DNA from: Synechococcus sp.
GTDB lineage: Bacteria; Cyanobacteriota; Cyanobacteriia; Thermostichales; PCC-7336
Assembly: GCA_051439425.1 (NCBI GenBank)
Contig: JBFRWD010000180.1
Location: 1 to 13,200, forward strand
DNA length: 13,200 nucleotides
Direction: 5' to 3'
Position numbers and translations under genes: made by a program. Positions 7,781 to 13,200 of the stretch are shown piece after piece (the first letter of the stretch is position 1; the number at the start of each line of letters is the position of its first letter). The notes under the pieces were generated by a model. The model searched no databases and had not been told where the DNA came from. It saw only the letters and a list, made by a program, of their open reading frames with translations.

Positions 7781-8395
7781 TTATTGGGCTCCATCCTCAT
7801 TTAGAGAGCGGAGAGGCCGTTGTAGCCAAGTTCCCATCACCTCAAACCCGTGGGAACGGTAAAACGTGTGTGCGATTTGATTGCGGCCAAATACCTGTAA
7901 CTCAATCGCATCACAGCCCACGCCGGTACCCCATTCTTTGACAGCTTCAATTGCTGCCGATCCCAAGCCTTGTCGTCGGTATTGAGGAGATACCCACAAG
8001 GCCAATACGTAAGCAACCGGACAGCCAGTCGCCTGACCAATGCCTTGACAAACCCAGACATAGGCCGCAGGTAACTCCGGTTCTATGTCCAACGCTTGCT
8101 CAGCAATGGGAAGAGGAGCAGTTGTTTCTTGAACTTCAGACCCACCATTTGCATAACGGCATGGCTCGATCCACCACACTGGTGAGGAGACAGGATGGAA
8201 ATATCGGTCGACCGTTTGGGCAAGATGAGACCACGAAGTCTGCTCTGGAAAGGCTTCAGCAAACGCCAGCTGCAAACAATGCAGCAACTCTGCACGATCG
8301 CTATCGTTTCCCACTCGCCATTGAAATCCGAATGGAAGTGAAATGGATGGCAGGTTCTTGCGATGCGAAGCAGTCAAGAACTCACCCAGCTTCAA
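7781..8395 (-). CDS. GNAT-family N-acetyltransferase (start codon uncertain)
   Basis: Acetyl-CoA-binding motif A LWVSPQYRRQGLGS and motif B LQVFGRNQIAHTFYRSHGF. Confidence 0.9.
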   Translation of the reverse strand: MKLGEFLTASHRKNLPSISLPFGFQWRVGNDSDRAELLHCLQLAFAEAFPEQTSWSHLAQTVDRYFHPVSSPVWWIEPCRYANGGSEVQETTAPLPIAEQALDIEPELPAAYVWVCQGIGQATGCPVAYVLALWVSPQYRRQGLGSAAIEAVKEWGTGVGCDAIELQVFGRNQIAHTFYRSHGFEVMGTWLQRPLRSLNEDGAQ

Positions 8396-8543
8396 CCCAG
8401 TGTATTTGAGCTAGATCGTCGAGAGGGGCAGGAGCTGCCATGTCATTGGGTAAAAATGCACGAGCACTCACTGCAACCAGAGCAACTGCAAACACCAAAA
8501 CGATGAGCAGTGGGACGACGTACTGAGTGATGAAGGACTTCAT
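8382..8543 (-). CDS. Small single-pass membrane protein, 53 aa (absent from the ORF track)
   Basis: Manual translation gives MKSFITQYVVPLLIVLVFAVALVAVSARAFLPNDMAAPAPLDDLAQIHWVEAG*. It has a clean ~20-aa hydrophobic helix, an A-rich upstream region, and a stop overlapping the GNAT start region. It resembles a conserved cyanobacterial hypothetical with an SARxFLPxDMAAPAP motif (from memory). Confidence 0.8.
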   Translation of the reverse strand: MKSFITQYVVPLLIVLVFAVALVAVSARAFLPNDMAAPAPLDDLAQIHWVEAG

Positions 8544-8815
8544 GTTTCTTCAAAAAACTGTTATCAGCATAACTTGATTCTCTGTATCCTCACAGGTGGT
8601 TTTTAAGTAGCTAATTGTACTTGATGAGGTTTCGTCAACGGATCTCAACAGGGCTGATTAGTCTTCTGTCCACGTCAGGGTAGGGCCTAGAAGGCTGAAT
8701 TGATCGAGGATTTTCTGAACAACATTCTTAAACTCGACGCAATACCATCATCCACGCGGCAGTTATCGCAGTCTTTCTGGGGACCTCTGACTTGTGAGGG
8801 ATTCTTAGAATCTGT

Positions 8816-8837
8816 TCCCCGCTGTTCGAGGCGGGGA
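8816..8837 (-). terminator. GC-rich hairpin downstream of the DUF4079 gene
   Basis: TCCCCGC (8816-8822) pairs with GCGGGGA (8831-8837), about 40 nt past the stop. There is no good U tract, so the call is weak. Confidence 0.3.
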
Positions 8838-8874
8838 GCGGATGCTTATTCACATAGGCTGTGCGAAGGCGCAG

Positions 8875-9549
8875 CTAGTTGGCGTAAAACGCAATATCGT
8901 AAATGTCTCGTGCTCCACTCATTCCCTGAGCGATAAACAGGACAAGGGCCAAACAATTCAACAGAATATGAAGATTCCGCCATTTATTAGACTTGTCACG
9001 GTAGATATTGGGCTGGATGGCCACTGAGAATACCATCAGCATGGCGACTGTAATACCGAAATAGAAGTGGGAGATATACCATTCATTGGTGCGCTCAAAT
9101 ATCGCCCCCCCTCCCTCTCTACCTAGCACAGCATCTTGGAAGCTGAGCAACATAAACCAAAGAGCTGTGAAGCCTGTGAAGACTCCGCGCCATAATGCGG
9201 TCTTGGCTCGTAGTAGCAATACAAATGAAGCAATTGCAGCAATAGTGAACAGAGCGATCGCGACGGATTCAAGCACTGGCCATTGCTCGGCTGCATATAA
9301 ATACTTCAAGCTGGGACGCACTAATCCTACGATGGAGACTCCCACAACCCCTGATGCCAGCCAGCGGCCAATTTTGACATGCTCTACTCCGACGCTCGGA
9401 GGAATTTTGCTTTTTTCCTTCTTGGCTGTAGCGAGCCTGCGCTGACGGGTTTGCCAGGAGTAGTGGGTGACAATACCAACCATTGGGAAAACGAACAGCA
9501 TTGCGATGATGGGATGTACCAGCAATGCGTTGGAGATTAGGTCCTTCAT
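8875..9549 (-). CDS. DUF4079-family membrane protein
   Basis: LLVHP...WQTRQRRL...KIPPSVGVEHVKIGRWL, SHFYFG and WRNLHILLN..ALVLFIAQGMSGARD. Several TM segments with His residues in or near helices. Confidence 0.82.
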   Translation of the reverse strand: MKDLISNALLVHPIIAMLFVFPMVGIVTHYSWQTRQRRLATAKKEKSKIPPSVGVEHVKIGRWLASGVVGVSIVGLVRPSLKYLYAAEQWPVLESVAIALFTIAAIASFVLLLRAKTALWRGVFTGFTALWFMLLSFQDAVLGREGGGAIFERTNEWYISHFYFGITVAMLMVFSVAIQPNIYRDKSNKWRNLHILLNCLALVLFIAQGMSGARDIYDIAFYAN

Positions 9550-10565
9550 ATGGATGCTCTGAATGCGCTCAAGATAGAGGTGAAGCTTTGGATATGGGAG
9601 AGCAGTGTGGAGTGAAACTGGAGGAGCGTCGATCGGTAGCCCGAATCGATTGGGATAGCTGCGATCGAGAGGCAGGAACCAGGAGAACAGAGAATCTCAG
9701 TTCAATGCATTACGTTCAATGCAGTTACCGGCAGATTGCTGTCAATGCAAGCAGTGTGATGTATGCAATCCGAGTTGGCAAGTTCTCGGCAGGGCGTTTA
9801 ATTCTGTGTCCCTGCCTGGTCAGAAAGGCGTACCTAGATTCCTTCTCCACATGTCTAATTGAAGATGTTCCTGATGCAATCACCTTAATCATTCCTGAGA
9901 AAACTCTGAGTGAGTGTGAATCTTTCAATTGAACCGCTTCTGTTGACAGTGCGAAAATGGTGTACCTCGTTACCATTCAGTTTGAAGAAGCCTGGCCACT
10001 TGGGCTGTGCTGAACGTCTGTTATCTTGTAACCCACTGATATCCTAAAATCCAGTGTGCTATTACACTCAAGACATTAAAGTCGCCTCTAAAAACGCTTG
10101 CTAGCGAAGCGACATACGTTAAGGCGCAATCGCTCAATCGGGAGCGAGCATAATCCAGTTATGTGTCCTTGCTCAGTTAAAGGGTAGAGCAAGCAAACTT
10201 AGTTTTTTGTGCCCCTGCGCACACCTCGGATCGTAGAATTTGCCCCTATGATCTCTAAGAACTGTAAAGCAGTAATTAAGTTATCTGCTGGGTTTATTGC
10301 CGCTGCTTTTCGTTAGGCAGCGTGCGAGTTGAGTGAGTGCTGTTGAGCAAGGGCTAGCGAGTGATGTTCAAGATTCGGGGGCTACTCAGCTCTAGAGCTT
10401 AACCCCTCGCTAACCCCGAAGCGGATTTGCGCTACTTGGCAGAGATTGGTGGTTTCATTGCCGGTTTTATCAACCAACAGAACAGGTTGATTGAACGTAA
10501 TTGTTTGCAGTCTGAGTTGTGCTGCTAACGGTCCTTTCCTAGTCCTGAAGAGTTTCGCGCTATTC

Positions 10566-12887
10566 ATGCAGAGATATACCCCCAATAAACGATCTTACTC
10601 AGGGCGGTCCTACTCAGCGCCCATCCGCTGGCCGAAAATACCAGTTTTCATGCCTCATAAGGCGACCCTGGCGATCTGCGGTAGTTTACTGCTGGTCGCT
10701 CTCGTTGCTGTTGCTTGGGCGTTGGGTGAGCCGACGATTTCAGGATTTTTTGCCGCGTGGGATTCGATCGAGCTGAATCCACCGTCTTGGGTACGTCCCC
10801 CCCAAGGTTCACTGTTGGATTCGTGGCTGCCTGTCATTGTTCTGGTGGGCTCAGCTCAACTCATTATGGTGATTTCTCCCCGTCCACAGCGGTGGTCTCG
10901 CTCTTTGGTTGTGATGTTGATGCTAGCGGCGATCGGCCGCTACACGCTGTGGCGCATTCTGGCCAGTCTGAACTTGGTGGGGCCTTCCGAAGGCATCTTT
11001 AGCCTAATCCTGTTTGGTATGGAAATGGCTGTGATTGCCAGTGCTGTCCTGCGTCTGGTTTTGATGTTCGGCATCCGATCGAGATCTCCTGAGGCTGACC
11101 GGATGGCAGAGGCCGTCTTGTCTGGAGCGTATCTACCCTCTGTGGATGTTCTCATCCCTACCTATAACGAGCCTGCCACTATCCTCAGACGAACGGTGAT
11201 TGGATGTCAGGCGTTGGATTATCCAAACAAACAGGTTTACCTGTTGGATGATGGTAAGCGAGCGGAAATCCGCCAGTTGGCCCAGCAGCTTGGCTGTCAC
11301 TACATTGCTCGACCCAGCAACATTCACGCCAAAGCTGGCAATATCAACCATGCATTGGGTAAGACGGGTGGCGATCTAATCGCTATTTTTGATGCTGACT
11401 TTGTGCCGACCAGTAATTTCCTCCTGCGCACAGTTGGGTTCTTCCAAGACCGAACTACTGGCTTGGTGCAAACTCAGCAGGGCTTTTACAATCCCGATCC
11501 TGTTGCTAGAAATTTGGGGCTGGAGAAAGTATTGCCCCCCGAGGTGGAGATTTTCTCACGCCACTACCAGCCGCTTCGAGACACGAACGAGACGTCCATT
11601 TGCTACGGCAGTTCGTTCGTCGTTCGCAGGAGTGCCTTGGAAGATATCGATGGTTTTGTCACTGAATCTTTGAGCGAGGACTATTTCACTGGCATATCTC
11701 TATCTGCCAAGGGCGATCGCACAATCTACCTCGACGAAGTTCTGAGTTCTGGACTGTGTGCTGAGAATATGACTGGTCACATCCTGCAGCGCCAGCGCTG
11801 GGCTCGCGGCACAATTCAAGCATTCTTCCTACGGTGCAATCCGCTTACGTTACCTGGCTTTAATCTGATGCAGCGGTTGTCTCACTTGGAAGGGATTTCT
11901 CAGTGGTTCTTTAGCCTTTTCCGAGTGCTGTTCCTGCTGATGCCGATGATTTATGTTCTCTTTGGCACGGTACCGTTGAGAACATCAGTCATGGAAGGTC
12001 TCTATTTCTTCCTGCCGTTTTACCTCCTCAATCTGACAACGTTTTCTTGGCTAAACGATCGCAGCCGCTCTGCGTTGGTGTCGGACATCTATGAAGTTGC
12101 CCAATGCATTCCCGTGTCGATCGTGTTGGTAAAGGCACTGTTTAAACCGTTTGCAGCCCGCTTTAAGGTGACGCCGAAAGGGGTATCTCGCGATCGCCAT
12201 ATTTATAACTGGGAGATCGCTTGGCCATTGATTGTACTGTGGCTGATGTCGGCCATAACGTTGTTGGTCAGCTTGAATGTGGCGTATGGCAATGGTTATT
12301 CTTTCTTTCTGTCTGTTCCCGATAACCCTCACTTTGTTGAAGGGATGAAGGTAGCTTGGATTTGGAGCGCATACAACATCTTTGTGCTCAGTATTGCATT
12401 GGTAATTATGCGCGATGTGCCCAAGCCCGATTTGAACGAGTGGTTCGATCGCTGCACTCCCGTACAACTGAGAGTTGGTAGCCGCACGCTGGAGGCAATG
12501 ACCCGTTCTGTTTCAGAAGTAGGCGCAGAGGTAGAACTGCGAGGTCGAGTGGACGGTATCCAGTCCGCAGTTTTCCGCATTCCCGAGACATCTGTACTCT
12601 TGGACAGTTCAGTTTTGGCAATCGAGCATCTCGAACACAGTACCGTGTTGCACCTGCGGTTCGATCGCCCAACTCATGCTCAGTTCCGTGCCTTAGTTGA
12701 GTTCCTATTCTGCCGTCCAGGTCATTTCAAAGGAATCCAGGTGCCCAACGAGCTGGGTTCGCTCTTAATACTCATGAAGATATTTGTGTCTCCCATCACG
12801 TGGGGAATTCAAAAGACTGCCGCGTTAGTGGATAGGCAACGCATTACATCAACCTTAAAGCATCCTCAGAAACAGTTGAAGGCGTAG
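10566..12887 (+). CDS. bcsA: Cellulose synthase catalytic subunit-like GT2 (BcsA/CesA) with a degenerate PilZ-like C-terminus
   Basis: DVLIPTYNE, LLDDG, HAKAGN, FDADF, SED, QRQRW (D,D,D,QxxRW), gating-loop FKVTPKG and multiple TM helices. The start is probably ATG 10566 or 10650 rather than TTG 10491. Confidence 0.88.
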   Translation: MQRYTPNKRSYSGRSYSAPIRWPKIPVFMPHKATLAICGSLLLVALVAVAWALGEPTISGFFAAWDSIELNPPSWVRPPQGSLLDSWLPVIVLVGSAQLIMVISPRPQRWSRSLVVMLMLAAIGRYTLWRILASLNLVGPSEGIFSLILFGMEMAVIASAVLRLVLMFGIRSRSPEADRMAEAVLSGAYLPSVDVLIPTYNEPATILRRTVIGCQALDYPNKQVYLLDDGKRAEIRQLAQQLGCHYIARPSNIHAKAGNINHALGKTGGDLIAIFDADFVPTSNFLLRTVGFFQDRTTGLVQTQQGFYNPDPVARNLGLEKVLPPEVEIFSRHYQPLRDTNETSICYGSSFVVRRSALEDIDGFVTESLSEDYFTGISLSAKGDRTIYLDEVLSSGLCAENMTGHILQRQRWARGTIQAFFLRCNPLTLPGFNLMQRLSHLEGISQWFFSLFRVLFLLMPMIYVLFGTVPLRTSVMEGLYFFLPFYLLNLTTFSWLNDRSRSALVSDIYEVAQCIPVSIVLVKALFKPFAARFKVTPKGVSRDRHIYNWEIAWPLIVLWLMSAITLLVSLNVAYGNGYSFFLSVPDNPHFVEGMKVAWIWSAYNIFVLSIALVIMRDVPKPDLNEWFDRCTPVQLRVGSRTLEAMTRSVSEVGAEVELRGRVDGIQSAVFRIPETSVLLDSSVLAIEHLEHSTVLHLRFDRPTHAQFRALVEFLFCRPGHFKGIQVPNELGSLLILMKIFVSPITWGIQKTAALVDRQRITSTLKHPQKQLKA

Positions 12888-12910
12888 AATCAGCGTTCTG
12901 AAAGCACTAG

Positions 12911-12950
12911 AATTCCCAACTGTGGAGCTACTCTAGGTTGGGAATTTTTT
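12911..12950 (+). terminator. Rho-independent terminator of the cellulose synthase gene
   Basis: AATTCCCAAC (12911-12920) pairs with GTTGGGAATT (12937-12946) and runs into a T tract, 23 nt after the stop. Confidence 0.75.
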
Positions 12951-13075
12951 GATTGAGCACCAGTCTGGATACAAATTATTTCTGCAAAGTATTGTTGGGG
13001 CGAAATTTTAGGTAGTAAACCTCTCCATAGTTGTTTTTTCATCGATCTTGTAAGTGCCATTCCACTGATAGAAAC

Positions 13076-13198
13076 CTAAGTACAGGACAAAAACTCAAGA
13101 GCATGTAGAAAGAGTGATTTTTTATGCTGAAAGTCGAGGATGACCGAGCGTAGGCGATCGAGTCCATAGCGGAAGATACTGCGTGCCCTCCTGCCATG
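13076..13198 (-). CDS. IS4-family transposase, C-terminal fragment (partial)
   Basis: Translates as HGRRARSIFRYGLDRLRSVILDFQHKKSLFLHALEFLSCT*. Confidence 0.8.
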   Translation of the reverse strand, partial: HGRRARSIFRYGLDRLRSVILDFQHKKSLFLHALEFLSCT

Positions 13199-13200
13199 AT
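13076..13200 (-). mobile_element. Right (3') end of a second, inverted copy of the IS4-family element, truncated by the window edge
   Basis: 13076-13181 is the exact reverse complement of 1-106. Confidence 0.85.

Larger units (their letters stand above)
1129..12197. repeat. HIP1 octamers (GCGATCGC), nine dispersed copies
   Basis: Starting at 1129, 2052, 2571, 4332, 6453, 7488, 9254, 11713 and 12190. About 0.2 would be expected by chance in 13.2 kb; this enrichment is a cyanobacterial hallmark. Confidence 0.9.

Noticed and set aside
9525..9976. ORFs 9525-9932 (+) and 9725-9976 (-)
   Set aside because: They overlap each other, show no recognisable domain and lie in a divergent promoter region, so I cannot support them as genes.
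3430..12672. Numerous short ORFs nested in or antisense to the called genes (e.g. 3464-3790, 7951-8409, 9086-9445, 12051-12467)
   Set aside because: Shadow frames of well-supported genes, with no independent motifs.

Overview
Cyanobacterial chromosomal segment (nine HIP1 GCGATCGC octamers, ycf65, DUF4079). It is bracketed by two copies of an IS4-family (IS10/ISAba1-like) element that are identical over the 106 bp that can be compared. They are inverted, with both transposase 3' ends facing inward (1-106 and 13076-13200), which is Tn10-like geometry. Genes inside: HTH-AAA_35 ATPase (-), rbgA/ylqF (-), ycf65/PSRP-3 (-), pentapeptide-repeat protein (+), LpxB-like glycosyltransferase (+), HAD hydrolase (-), GNAT acetyltransferase (-), a 53-aa membrane protein missing from the ORF track (-), DUF4079 (-) and a stand-alone cellulose synthase-like GT2 (+). 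The main unexplained structure is a diverged ~80-bp repeat in three copies. Two are inverted and tightly bracket the HTH-AAA_35 gene, one of them ending on the A of its ATG; the third lies alone at 6694-6773. Family assignments come from recognising motifs by eye, not from database searches.
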